Source: Puniceicoccales bacterium
GTDB lineage: Bacteria > Verrucomicrobiota > Verrucomicrobiia > Opitutales > UBA953
Direction of reading: 5' to 3'
DNA length: 64,000 nucleotides
Assembly: GCA_031269335.1 (NCBI GenBank)
Contig: JAISZI010000095.1
Span: 6,930-70,929 of the forward strand
Numbering within the stretch: the first letter of the stretch is position 1; each line of letters starts with the position of its first letter. Below, in pieces: positions 48,300 through 58,003 of this stretch. The notes under the pieces are model-generated. The model had not been told where the DNA came from and made no database searches. It saw only the letters and a list, made by a program, of their open reading frames with translations. The translations under genes were made by a program, and so were the position numbers.

Positions 48300-51200
48300 A
48301 TGAAACTTCCAAAAACACTTTTTATCGCCGCAGCGGCACTCGCAACTTCTCCTTTTTATGGAGCTGCTATACAAAATCCAACGGACAACTTGGAAGGTGC
48401 TCAAGACTATACCGTTCCCGTCGGAGAAGAGTGGGTGATAAATCAGAACTTAGGCACAACCTATAACGGACGTTGGCTCACCGCTCTGAAAGATTTTACG
48501 ACCTATGACGCTTATTTTAATTTCGAAAACCCCGATGAATTCGGGATCATCCGCCTGACCGGCTCCGGTGAGCTGGAGTATCAAGGCTGGCAAGAAGCCC
48601 TGAATATTCACTCTTCCGCCACCGACGGGGGCTTTTATTTCGGACGCGTTTTCCACGGCGGGCGCCGCCCCACTTATATCAGCGATCCTACTTCGCCGGG
48701 TTCCGCCGATTATGTCTCTTTCGCAGGAACACTGAGTCTCGAAGGCTCCGTAGAACTCCGCATCGCCGGTTACGTTAACCAGTTCGACATCAACTCTGTC
48801 GCACTCTCCAATTCCATGGTCGCCGGTCTTGGTCGGGTGGTCCTCAATGACTACGCAAGGCTCTCCTTCCAAAATTCCATCCCGAATATTGTCCAGTCCG
48901 GTTTTGATGACATTGATACGGGACCTTACGACGTCCGCTATCGCTTTAATATCATTAAAAATGTCGAGTCTAATGGGAACCTTACCGAATTCCGAACGGG
49001 TTTGGACGATACCTATCGCATCGTCTTGCACATGGATAGCATCTATGACGGCTCAGTTGACCCCCTGACGGGAGAACGCAAAGAGGGGAGTATCGGTTAC
49101 CTGCGCGGCAAGGGACATTTTATAAAAACAGGAGGCGGCGATTTTAATATAAAAAATGACGGCGATTTTACCGGTTCGGTAATTCTACAAGGCGGGGTGA
49201 CAACGCTAAGCTCCATCGGTGGTAAAGCGCTGTCCAGTGCCTACACCGTCAACTTAGCCGGAAGCGATTCTTTAGGCGGTAACATTCCACTTGCCTTATA
49301 CCCAGAGGGAGCCCAACCCAACCCCGCACGTGAGTTCGCGATGATCGCCCCGTTGGGATCAGGTTTTCTTACTCCCATGGTAAACGCTGGACGAGTCACC
49401 GTGAGTCCAAGTTCGATGTTTCCCGATAATGGCGACCAGGTACAATGGGAAATCGGAACCACGGTGGAATACTCGCTTTTTCGAACGATTCTTTCTATTG
49501 AGACCGACCAGACTATCCATAATTTTCAAACTTATTTTAGATTGAGTAAAGGACCAGATGAAATGTATGGACCGGGTGGCACGGTGGGTGCCGGAATGGA
49601 CACCGCTGTGTTTTTATCCCATACAGACCCGACCGATGTTTATGGTCTCAGGACAATAGACAGCAAATTGACCATCATACAGGAATCAGGACACGATGGT
49701 TTGTATAGGGGTTTGATTATCGGTTCCTATGATTCTGTGTTGGAAAAACGCGGTTCCGGAGTCCTCGCCCTGCTTTCCATTGACGCTGATCCCGTTTATT
49801 TCCCGGGAACTATTGATATTCAGGAAGGAGGAATCTACGCCGACGGATCCTCGCTCGGTTCCGGTTGGGTGAAAATCCATGCAGGTGCTTTTCTCGGCAT
49901 TATCCAAAACAATTCCGGCACGCTCATGACGCGCCTCTTAGCCACCCATCAGGGCGAGTTGCTCGTGACCTATCGCGGGCAAATCACCAACGAAGACTAT
50001 AGCAACGTAGCCCTTTATCAAGTAGGTGATGGTCAGGAAGCCGGTGTCTTGCAAATTTGGCGCGCACAACCAGGATTTTTTGGAAATATAACCGTCGAAG
50101 AAGGCGTCACCATTTACCTCTCCGCACGCGAAAACGACCCACTCGCTCCCAATGATGCTTTTGCCAATGCGCAGTCAGTGACACTCCTGCAAGGCGAATA
50201 CGCTGGCGGACGCGCCACAACCCTCGCCTTCGCCGATACAAACCAGCGCTTAAACAACCTCTCCGGCGATGCTAAAACACGCCTCGCGTTAGGACGCGGC
50301 ACCGTTACCCTGCGCCAAACACAATCGTTAATTTTTGACGGGACTATCTCCGGTGTAGGAAATCTTATTTTAGTAGCAGTCGACGGTTTTACGCTCAGCG
50401 GGGCAAATACCTATTTCGGAGCTACGGTTGTCAGACCCCTGAGTGACGAAGCCCCGACAACTTTAATTCTCGGCTCCCGCGACGGAAACACTGCCAGAAA
50501 TAGCTCCGGTCTCATTCTTTACTCCGGCGCACAAGCGGTGAGTTTAGCCCTTGACCCTGTTACAAAAATAGCACTCACAGACCCCGAAACCGGCGATTAT
50601 CTTTACCAGCCCCAGCACTTCGGTATGTTGTTCGGAGAAAAAGGCTCAAGCATTGTAATGGGCGATGCAGCACTGACGATTGGCATGGACGGCAATTATC
50701 TAAATTCGCTAACAAATGAACTCGCCAACTCTACAAACAATTCTCCCGATGTCCAAGCCGCCTACTTCTTTAATACAATGGACCCCGGCGAAAAAATAAA
50801 GATGCCGGCGACACCGACAATTAGCGATTTCACCGCAGGTTCTTCCCGTTATTATTTAGACAAAGTCTTGGAATACATGACGGGCGAAAAAGTAGTGTTG
50901 CTTGACGCAGAAGGAAAACCTGTGCAAGAAACAGACAATAATGGAAACCCCATTTACGATCAGGCAGGCGATCCGGTCTATAAATACGATCCAAACGCGA
51001 AACCGGGGCGTGGTTTGAATAATGCCGACAGCTTGTCGTTCTCAGGACAACTTATTGGTTCTGGTTCGCTTATTAAAGTCGGCGACCAACGGCTTATTTT
51101 CAACGGGCAAAGTCCGGAATACACGGGTACCGTGAAGGTAGAAGACGGAATCTTTCGCTTGGACGCAGATAGCCTTCCCAATGCCAGCTTCGTCACAGTA

Positions 51201-54200
51201 GATATTTATAGAACGCCGGAAGTGACACGATTCGCGGAAGTCGAATATGCTGTCTGGGAAAAAGAAGCAGAATTTACTTTGGGCGTTCCCGTGGGCGGCG
51301 AAGGTGTATTCTCAAAAATCGGGCAAGGAACCTTGGTTCTCCAAAATTATTTAACGACCGGTCCCATCCGCGCAAAAGAAGGCACGCTTGTCATCCCCGT
51401 CCTCCCTAATCTAAGCGATATTTTCCTCGGAGATATAGACACCCTCACCGTTTCCCCGTTGGAGGGAACCATCGCGTTTGATGTCAAAGCCGGAGACTCC
51501 ATTGTCCACACGCGCTCTATTCGTGAATCTTACCCTGGAGTGGCAATCGGTAACGTGGAAAAACGCGGTGCCGGCACACTCATTCTCCGCGGTGACCCCG
51601 AACAAAATACCCTCTATGCCTTAGATGACGGACTTGTCGTTTTTGATGACGCGCAGCCTAATTCGTTAGACTATTCCGGACTCACAACGGTAGTCGAAGG
51701 CGAGCTTATTTTCGACGGAAAAGCGAGAAATATAGATGGCTCCCTCCGAGCCAACTTTCCGGGCGGCGTAAATGGTCAAGCAAATAGCTACGAGGTTCGT
51801 GGCGGGGCTGTCCTAACGTTAAGCCTTGACGAAAGTCTCCCCGCTGCTCGCATCAATGGTTCCATCTCCGGATCGGGAACCTTCCAAAAAGACGGCACGG
51901 GCGTCCTGGAAATAGGTCGCGAAGAAGTTGATTTCACCGGTAAGATCATCGTGCAAAGCGGTGACCTCTCCCTCAAAACAGGCTATGCTTTCGAGAATAG
52001 TGCTGTTCTCGATATCCGTGCAAATGCACGCGTCCTTTTGAACGATAATCACCAAATCTTCAAAGGTATCGTCGGCGAAACCGGAGCCGTGTTGAAGATT
52101 GACGCTGCAAGCATCGTTCTTAATACCGTTGACGGTTCCGTGCAAACTTATTCGGGCATTATTTCAGGCAGTGGAGAATTCTATAAAAACGGCGGCGGGA
52201 CACTCATCCTGCGCGGAGACAACACAGGCGATTTTTCAGGTCGTTTCTACGTCGGAAAAGGCGGCGTTCTCGACGTTACAACACATGCCTTGGGAGACGC
52301 TTCCGAAGTCGCTGTCCGAGCGGGCGGAACCCTGCGAATTTACTCGGATAGCGCCACCGGCGCAGACCAGTTTAATAGCCCGATTAGCGACATCGGTGTC
52401 GTGGAAAAAACCGGCGCCGGCACCGTTTATCTCGCGTGGGACGCGTACGACCCAGCCTTTGCTCTCGGCGGTCAAGTTAATGTAAAAGAAGGGGTTGTCA
52501 TCGTAGATAGCGCGCGCAATAACAATGGTCTTCCGCTCGCCATCGTCGAAAAGAACGCGAAATTGCAAATAAATCTGCAAGTAGAAAGTCTCTACTACGG
52601 CGGCATCGAATTGAACGGAACCTATTACGAAGGTCAAATAAGCGGAGAAGGCGGGGTTATTATAGACGGACAAGGCGGCGATAGAACACTGTTTATGCAG
52701 ACAGTCCCGCGTTACACGGGTATCACAATTGTTCAAAATTACGGCATATTAAACGTCGCGGAAATCGGCGAACTCCGTGGCGGAATCGCCTTTGACAGCA
52801 CCTCTAAATTGGACTTCGGCGATTTGCCTCGCACATTCTACATTATCCAATCCGAAAAGGGTTCCATCCAAGGCACTTTTATCGGAAACGCAAATCTTGA
52901 AATAAGCGGCGAAGGTCTTCTTCAATATCTTGGAACCGGTATGGACGGTGTCGAAGGGAACCTGGATTCCTATTCAGGCGCAGTGAATATCCGCGGCGGC
53001 AAATTCCAAGTCGGTATCGGCAATAAAAAAGCAGTTGATATCGGCAACGGCAATACAACCGATGGCGTGCGCATAGGTTCCCTCTATATAAACGTTCGCG
53101 ACAACGACGGTGTCGATAGCGCAATCGATTACGCCGGCGCAATTACGAGCCAAAAAGGAGAAGGTGGAAACATTATCAAAACGGGCGCAGGCGACCTCAG
53201 CACCGCCCGCCTCGGATTCCTCACAACAAGTTCCTTTGATGTCAACATACTCGGTGTTGACCAAGGTCGTTTAATTATCAATCCAGCCCATATTTTTAAT
53301 GTAAAAAATATCGCCGCCATCGATACCGGACGTCTCGTCTGGAACGCTACAGGCGAAAGTAGCTCCCTCGAAGCAGGAAAACTTATCGGCGAACAAGGCA
53401 CTGTTTTTGAAAAAACAAGCAGCGATAAACTTACCTTGGAGTCGCAGGAGAATTTCAGAGGAGATTTCATCGTTCAGGCTGGAGAAATTCAGGGCAACTT
53501 CACCCTCGGAGGAAATCTGACCTTGAACAATAACGCTGTCCTTTCCCCCTCCAACGACCCGGTCAGCCAAATCGGCACGGCTACAATAAACGGTGTTTTC
53601 CACCAAAACATGGACGCCACTCTTAAAATAGAAATCAACGGCGGACAGTATGATAAATTGGTTTATACCGGCGGCGCATTTATCGATGGTAAGATAGAGG
53701 TGAAATCCATCGGCTCCCCAGCCGAACGCGGAAGCATTTACTACTTCGTGGAAAAAGCCACTGAGGCGGCACCCTTGGCCGTCATCGGTGACAACGCATG
53801 GCTCCGAAATACGGATACCGACTCCAATGCCTATTATGTTCTCGTCGGTCCAGGCGTCGGTGCCGGAACTGCTTACGAGCGTTTTGGAAACAACGGTCCC
53901 GCCCTCCTCGTCGCCCAACGCGAACTCGCTCGCGTCCCAAATTATTTTCCGCATAAAGGGTTGGAACGATTCCTCCCCGTGCTTGATTCCTTCGCCACAA
54001 AAGTCGTCACCCGTGCCGAATTGACCCCGCCAGAGGCGCCCACTCCCGGTGCCACCGCCGATGAAAAAGCACTCTACAACGCACGCCTGAAGCTCCATGA
54101 AAAAACTAAAGCCGAATACGAAATCGGTGCCCACCTAAACACCACGCCAGCCGGACAACTCAACTCAGTTGTAAATAATTTCTCCCCCCTCGCTTTCGCC

Positions 54201-55145
54201 TCTCTCGTCTCTCTCCCTGCGAGCGTGATCAGTTCCTCCACTGAACAATTACACTCCCGCCTCGAAGAACGGCGTTACGACCGTAACCTCTTTGAGTATT
54301 ACACCTTCCAAGTCTATTTGAGTGCCACAAGCAATTTCAACGATCTGGGCGGCAATGGCACCGATGACCCGGTCTATAAACTCCGAACCAACGGCGGCTC
54401 CGTCGGTGCCGACGCCCTTTTCGGAGAGAACACCGTCCTCGGTGCAGCCATTAATTACGCCGACGGGACTGCCACTTTCCACGACGCCGGCGGCACCGCA
54501 AAAATGGACGCCGTTTACGCTACCGCTTACGCAAGTCACATCTTCGGAAAATGGTTCTACTTCGATGCCGGCGCCAGCGTCGGAGTCAGCAGCTATAACG
54601 TAAAACGCGAAACTGCGACCGGCATTAACAAAAGTAAACCCGACGCCTTTAACACGGGCGCGTTTTTCACAATCGGCACCGTCCTCCCGCTCGCGCTAAC
54701 CCCGCGTCGCCAACGCCTTGACCTCACCCCTTATGCAAGCGTAGAATATAACCACTACGACATTGACGCATTCTCCGAAACCGGAAGCAGTTCTAATCTT
54801 GCTCTCGACTCCATCACTCACGACTCCTTTCGCCTCCGAGTCGGCAGCGGTATAGCATGGTTCTTCGAGGGAATCGAATGGACGTGTAAGATAAACCTTG
54901 ATGTCGCTTTCGCAACTGAACTCATGGATTCCGACAGTGCAATAAGTTCGCAATTCCTCACCGCCGGTGGCGAAAAAACAAGAATTAATTCCAAAGCACT
55001 CGCCGATAAAACGGTGCAAATCTCCCCTTCCGTAACGTGGAGCTTTAACGAGCGCGTCTCCGTTTATGCATCCTATCGCATTGAAGCAGGTTTCGACGGA
55101 GAAATTTACAATTCTATAAACATCGGCTTCCGGACCAGGTTCTAA
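48300..55145 (+). CDS. giant autotransporter paralog (2281 aa)
   Basis: The signal peptide is MKLPKTLFIAAAALATSPFYGAA. It has the same repeat type (GHFIKTGGGDFNIKN, GSLIKVGDQRLIFNG, VEKRGAGTLILRGD, GEFYKNGGGTLILRGDN). The C-terminal third is colinear with the upstream gene (LLVAQRELARVPNYFPHKGL vs LLVGQKELARVPGYNAHKGL). The barrel ends ...NIGFRTRF. Confidence 0.9.
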   Translation: MKLPKTLFIAAAALATSPFYGAAIQNPTDNLEGAQDYTVPVGEEWVINQNLGTTYNGRWLTALKDFTTYDAYFNFENPDEFGIIRLTGSGELEYQGWQEALNIHSSATDGGFYFGRVFHGGRRPTYISDPTSPGSADYVSFAGTLSLEGSVELRIAGYVNQFDINSVALSNSMVAGLGRVVLNDYARLSFQNSIPNIVQSGFDDIDTGPYDVRYRFNIIKNVESNGNLTEFRTGLDDTYRIVLHMDSIYDGSVDPLTGERKEGSIGYLRGKGHFIKTGGGDFNIKNDGDFTGSVILQGGVTTLSSIGGKALSSAYTVNLAGSDSLGGNIPLALYPEGAQPNPAREFAMIAPLGSGFLTPMVNAGRVTVSPSSMFPDNGDQVQWEIGTTVEYSLFRTILSIETDQTIHNFQTYFRLSKGPDEMYGPGGTVGAGMDTAVFLSHTDPTDVYGLRTIDSKLTIIQESGHDGLYRGLIIGSYDSVLEKRGSGVLALLSIDADPVYFPGTIDIQEGGIYADGSSLGSGWVKIHAGAFLGIIQNNSGTLMTRLLATHQGELLVTYRGQITNEDYSNVALYQVGDGQEAGVLQIWRAQPGFFGNITVEEGVTIYLSARENDPLAPNDAFANAQSVTLLQGEYAGGRATTLAFADTNQRLNNLSGDAKTRLALGRGTVTLRQTQSLIFDGTISGVGNLILVAVDGFTLSGANTYFGATVVRPLSDEAPTTLILGSRDGNTARNSSGLILYSGAQAVSLALDPVTKIALTDPETGDYLYQPQHFGMLFGEKGSSIVMGDAALTIGMDGNYLNSLTNELANSTNNSPDVQAAYFFNTMDPGEKIKMPATPTISDFTAGSSRYYLDKVLEYMTGEKVVLLDAEGKPVQETDNNGNPIYDQAGDPVYKYDPNAKPGRGLNNADSLSFSGQLIGSGSLIKVGDQRLIFNGQSPEYTGTVKVEDGIFRLDADSLPNASFVTVDIYRTPEVTRFAEVEYAVWEKEAEFTLGVPVGGEGVFSKIGQGTLVLQNYLTTGPIRAKEGTLVIPVLPNLSDIFLGDIDTLTVSPLEGTIAFDVKAGDSIVHTRSIRESYPGVAIGNVEKRGAGTLILRGDPEQNTLYALDDGLVVFDDAQPNSLDYSGLTTVVEGELIFDGKARNIDGSLRANFPGGVNGQANSYEVRGGAVLTLSLDESLPAARINGSISGSGTFQKDGTGVLEIGREEVDFTGKIIVQSGDLSLKTGYAFENSAVLDIRANARVLLNDNHQIFKGIVGETGAVLKIDAASIVLNTVDGSVQTYSGIISGSGEFYKNGGGTLILRGDNTGDFSGRFYVGKGGVLDVTTHALGDASEVAVRAGGTLRIYSDSATGADQFNSPISDIGVVEKTGAGTVYLAWDAYDPAFALGGQVNVKEGVVIVDSARNNNGLPLAIVEKNAKLQINLQVESLYYGGIELNGTYYEGQISGEGGVIIDGQGGDRTLFMQTVPRYTGITIVQNYGILNVAEIGELRGGIAFDSTSKLDFGDLPRTFYIIQSEKGSIQGTFIGNANLEISGEGLLQYLGTGMDGVEGNLDSYSGAVNIRGGKFQVGIGNKKAVDIGNGNTTDGVRIGSLYINVRDNDGVDSAIDYAGAITSQKGEGGNIIKTGAGDLSTARLGFLTTSSFDVNILGVDQGRLIINPAHIFNVKNIAAIDTGRLVWNATGESSSLEAGKLIGEQGTVFEKTSSDKLTLESQENFRGDFIVQAGEIQGNFTLGGNLTLNNNAVLSPSNDPVSQIGTATINGVFHQNMDATLKIEINGGQYDKLVYTGGAFIDGKIEVKSIGSPAERGSIYYFVEKATEAAPLAVIGDNAWLRNTDTDSNAYYVLVGPGVGAGTAYERFGNNGPALLVAQRELARVPNYFPHKGLERFLPVLDSFATKVVTRAELTPPEAPTPGATADEKALYNARLKLHEKTKAEYEIGAHLNTTPAGQLNSVVNNFSPLAFASLVSLPASVISSSTEQLHSRLEERRYDRNLFEYYTFQVYLSATSNFNDLGGNGTDDPVYKLRTNGGSVGADALFGENTVLGAAINYADGTATFHDAGGTAKMDAVYATAYASHIFGKWFYFDAGASVGVSSYNVKRETATGINKSKPDAFNTGAFFTIGTVLPLALTPRRQRLDLTPYASVEYNHYDIDAFSETGSSSNLALDSITHDSFRLRVGSGIAWFFEGIEWTCKINLDVAFATELMDSDSAISSQFLTAGGEKTRINSKALADKTVQISPSVTWSFNERVSVYASYRIEAGFDGEIYNSINIGFRTRF

Positions 55146-55204
55146 TAAGGACAATACGCATCTGCAATCTGCCTCCAGATGGAGCGTGCGTCGGGAAATA
55201 CACC

Positions 55205-56506
55205 ATGAAAAAAATTTCAATCGTCGGCGCTGAAGGTTCCGGAAAATCCGTTTTCATATCCGCACTCTACCAATATATGGACCCGGCGAAACCCGCCCCA
55301 AACCTGTTTCCCGGATCCTCATTCACCGCTTATTATACCGCCGGTGTATGGGACGAATTGCAGCGGGGACAGTGGCCAAAATCTACCAACACCGGAGTTA
55401 TAGAAGACTTAAAGTGGACTTGGAAAGATACGCTCCAAAACGAACACCAATTGCAAATGCTCGATTGCGCCGGACAGGATTTTCGGCAAGTGTTTGAGGC
55501 AGAAGATGATAATGAACTAAGCGATCGACAAAAAATCTTAAAACAAGAATTTTTTAGCAGCGACCTCGTGATCGTCCTGCTAAATTTACAAAAAGCATTG
55601 GATATTTATACACTGCCCGCGCAAAAAAAGATACAAACAGAAATGCAATTTGCGCCCGCTTCCGCTTTGTGCAAATTAAAAGACGCTGGAATAAAAACAT
55701 TTTTATGCTTTACGCAATGCGACCGCTACATGGAATTCGTCGAAAATAAATTCGGCGACGAAAGCGACGAATCAAAAACAGAAAAAAATGCCGCCTTCGC
55801 CCGCGCCGTGGCGGCTTGTCTGCCCATCCTATCTAACGCAATACAAAAAACTAAAACACCACTTTGCAAAGCCAGTGCCGTCGAAACAGAATACCGCTCC
55901 ATCCCCGAAAATAAAAATTCATTGACTCTTTTGCCCAAAGAAAATTGTGCGCCGGGAAATATGTGCGAAATCATCCAAATCATAGACGATTTTCTTGTGG
56001 AGAAAACGCCCCCGCCTCTTTCTCCAAATTTATCATCTAAAAAAAATGCCGCCGCAGCTAATTCAGAATTGGACTACGCAGCCGACCTACCACTGCTGCC
56101 ACCACTGCCACCACTGCTAGCCGCAGCTAATTCAGAATTGGACTACGCAGCCGACCCGACGATCCGAAAACCCAAACCTTTTAATTTAATATCGACATGT
56201 TTCAGCGTTTCTTTCAGAGGTCGCGCTTCCAGAAGGGAATTTAATAAGTTCCTCCTCTTAATGCTCTCCTTGCTGGTTCTTTTTTCTTTCGCATCTCCCT
56301 CAGTCTGGGTTTGGATTTTATTTGTAGGTTGGTTTTTGTCGATGTCCATCGTTTTCATCGGTCTCGTCATCCGCCGTTTCCATGATATCAACGATTCGGG
56401 ATGGTTAATCTTCTTACTGCTCATTCCCTTCGTGAATCTTGTTATCTTTCTTTCCCTCATATTTGAACCCGGAACAGACGGTCCCAATAAATACGATATC
56501 CCCTGA
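55205..56506 (+). CDS. fusion protein: N-terminal P-loop GTPase-like domain plus C-terminal DUF805 membrane domain
   Basis: G1 is ISIVGAEGSGKSV, G3 is MLDCAGQDF (DxxGQ), and a G4-like motif is FTQCD. The C-terminus has RASRREFNKF, 3 TM helices, RRFHDINDSGWLIFLLLIPFVNLVIF and GPNKYD, the DUF805 hallmarks as I recall them. Confidence 0.75.
   Translation: MKKISIVGAEGSGKSVFISALYQYMDPAKPAPNLFPGSSFTAYYTAGVWDELQRGQWPKSTNTGVIEDLKWTWKDTLQNEHQLQMLDCAGQDFRQVFEAEDDNELSDRQKILKQEFFSSDLVIVLLNLQKALDIYTLPAQKKIQTEMQFAPASALCKLKDAGIKTFLCFTQCDRYMEFVENKFGDESDESKTEKNAAFARAVAACLPILSNAIQKTKTPLCKASAVETEYRSIPENKNSLTLLPKENCAPGNMCEIIQIIDDFLVEKTPPPLSPNLSSKKNAAAANSELDYAADLPLLPPLPPLLAAANSELDYAADPTIRKPKPFNLISTCFSVSFRGRASRREFNKFLLLMLSLLVLFSFASPSVWVWILFVGWFLSMSIVFIGLVIRRFHDINDSGWLIFLLLIPFVNLVIFLSLIFEPGTDGPNKYDIP
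56051..56156 (+). repeat. perfect 37-bp direct repeat (56051-56087 and 56120-56156) flanking a ccaccactg-type 9-mer repeat, inside the GTPase-DUF805 linker
   Basis: The sequence gccgcagctaattcagaattggactacgcagccgacc occurs twice, encoding AAANSELDYAAD both times. The spacer encodes LPLLPPLPPLL. Confidence 0.9.
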
Positions 56507-56544
56507 AAATCCGATTCTCACGCGAAGCACTTGCTCCTGCTCTC

Positions 56545-57900
56545 TTAATTTTTTGCGATGAGTTTGGCGAAAAAGCGTTGGTCGGTGCTGCTGGGTGTTT
56601 GATAAACTGCGAGGTCAAATTCGCTGATGATAGCGAGAAGGTGGTCGAAGATATCGGACTGGGTGTCTTCGTAGATGCTCCAGCTTGTGTTGTTGGTGAA
56701 AAAATACAATTCGAGGGGCAGGCCGTGTTCGTTGGGTGAAAGTTGGCGGACGAGCAGGGTCATTTCTTGATGGACGCCGGGGTGTTTGCGCAGGTAGGCG
56801 AGGCAGTAGGCGCGGAAGGTTCCGATGTTGGTGAGTCGGCGTTTGTTGAAGGGGGCGAGGGTGGTGTCTCCGGTTGCAAGTTCGTTGTTTTTGTCGTTGA
56901 GGGAACGATTTTCCTTTTCGATCTGTTCTTTTTTCTGGGCGAGGTATTTTTTCAGGAGGTCGATTTTTCCCCAATGGGCGAGCAGGGCGTCGTCGGCAAA
57001 TCGGATTGTTTGCATATCAATACAGATGGCGCGTTTGATGCGTCGTCCACCGGAGTCTGTCATGCCGCGCCAGTTTTTGAGTGATTCGCCGATGAGAGAA
57101 TAGGCGGGCACGGTGACGATGGTCATATCCCAGTTGCGGACTTTGACTGTTGTGAGAGAGACCTCGACAACTTCGCCATCGACGTCGTATTTGGGCATTT
57201 CGATCCAGTCGCCGGAGACGACCATGCGGTTGGCGGAGAGCATGACACCTGCGACGAGGCCAAGCAGGGCGTCCTTAAAAATGAGGAGGAGAACGGCGGA
57301 GAGGGCACCGATACCGGAGAGAAAATAGACTGGGGATTTGTTGAGGAGGGTGGAGAGGATGAGTATGCTGCCGATGAGCCAGACGACAAGTTTAATAGCT
57401 TGGGAGACGCCGTGGACAGGCATTCTGGCGGCGTGACCGCGTGCGGTAGCGACGCGTCGGGCGAGGTCGAGAAGAGAGAGGAGGATAGAAGCTGCAAGCC
57501 AGATGGTGTAGATGCTGACGATGGTATTGAGGAGGTCGTAAAGTTCGGGCTTTTTGCAGAAGACGAAGTAGCCGAGGCGCGTATAGACGAGAATGGCGGC
57601 GAAGCGGGAGAGGCGTTGAAGGAGAAAAGAATCGGAGAGTAAGGTGTTCCATGCGAGGGTGTTTTTGCGTGTGGCGAGTGCAATCATACGCACTGCCAAC
57701 AGGCGTGTTCCCCAAGTCGCTATGCTGGCGAGAAGCACGACGCAGACTGCGCCCGTTGCCATGAGCAGCAAATCGGCGTAACCCGGAGCGAGGCCGCTTG
57801 TGCGGGATATGGTGTTGGCAATTTCTTGAAAGAGGACTTGGGCGAGGTCATTGGAGATCGCGGTATCTGTGGAAGGGGGGAGGGTGTTTGAAAAAAGCAT
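56545..57900 (-). CDS. mechanosensitive ion channel family protein (MscS-like)
   Basis: It has several N-terminal TM helices, then the MscS beta-domain motif VSGDWIEMPKYDVDGEVVEVSLTTVKVRNWDMTIVTVPAYSLIGESLKNW. Confidence 0.85.
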   Translation of the reverse strand: MLFSNTLPPSTDTAISNDLAQVLFQEIANTISRTSGLAPGYADLLLMATGAVCVVLLASIATWGTRLLAVRMIALATRKNTLAWNTLLSDSFLLQRLSRFAAILVYTRLGYFVFCKKPELYDLLNTIVSIYTIWLAASILLSLLDLARRVATARGHAARMPVHGVSQAIKLVVWLIGSILILSTLLNKSPVYFLSGIGALSAVLLLIFKDALLGLVAGVMLSANRMVVSGDWIEMPKYDVDGEVVEVSLTTVKVRNWDMTIVTVPAYSLIGESLKNWRGMTDSGGRRIKRAICIDMQTIRFADDALLAHWGKIDLLKKYLAQKKEQIEKENRSLNDKNNELATGDTTLAPFNKRRLTNIGTFRAYCLAYLRKHPGVHQEMTLLVRQLSPNEHGLPLELYFFTNNTSWSIYEDTQSDIFDHLLAIISEFDLAVYQTPSSTDQRFFAKLIAKN

Positions 57901-57949
57901 GGTGTAGGAAAATTGCTTGTGTTGCGGCCGAAGCGGCAGTGAAGGGACG

Positions 57950-57978
57950 AAAAAAAAGCACCCCGTTTTGCGGGGTGC
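57950..57978 (-). terminator. rho-independent terminator of the HTH gene
   Basis: On the minus strand, gcaccccg-caaaa-cggggtgc (8-bp stem) is followed by T8. Confidence 0.85.
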
Positions 57979-58003
57979 CTGCTTTATTGAAGAACAGTAA
58001 AAC

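Noticed and set aside
36986-56506. Genomic island hypothesis: tRNA-Met followed by 19.5 kb of co-directional surface-protein genes.
   Set aside because: There is no integrase, and I could find no direct repeat of the tRNA 3' end at the distal boundary. The first two genes have the same GC-rich composition as core genes. Only the autotransporters look compositionally different.
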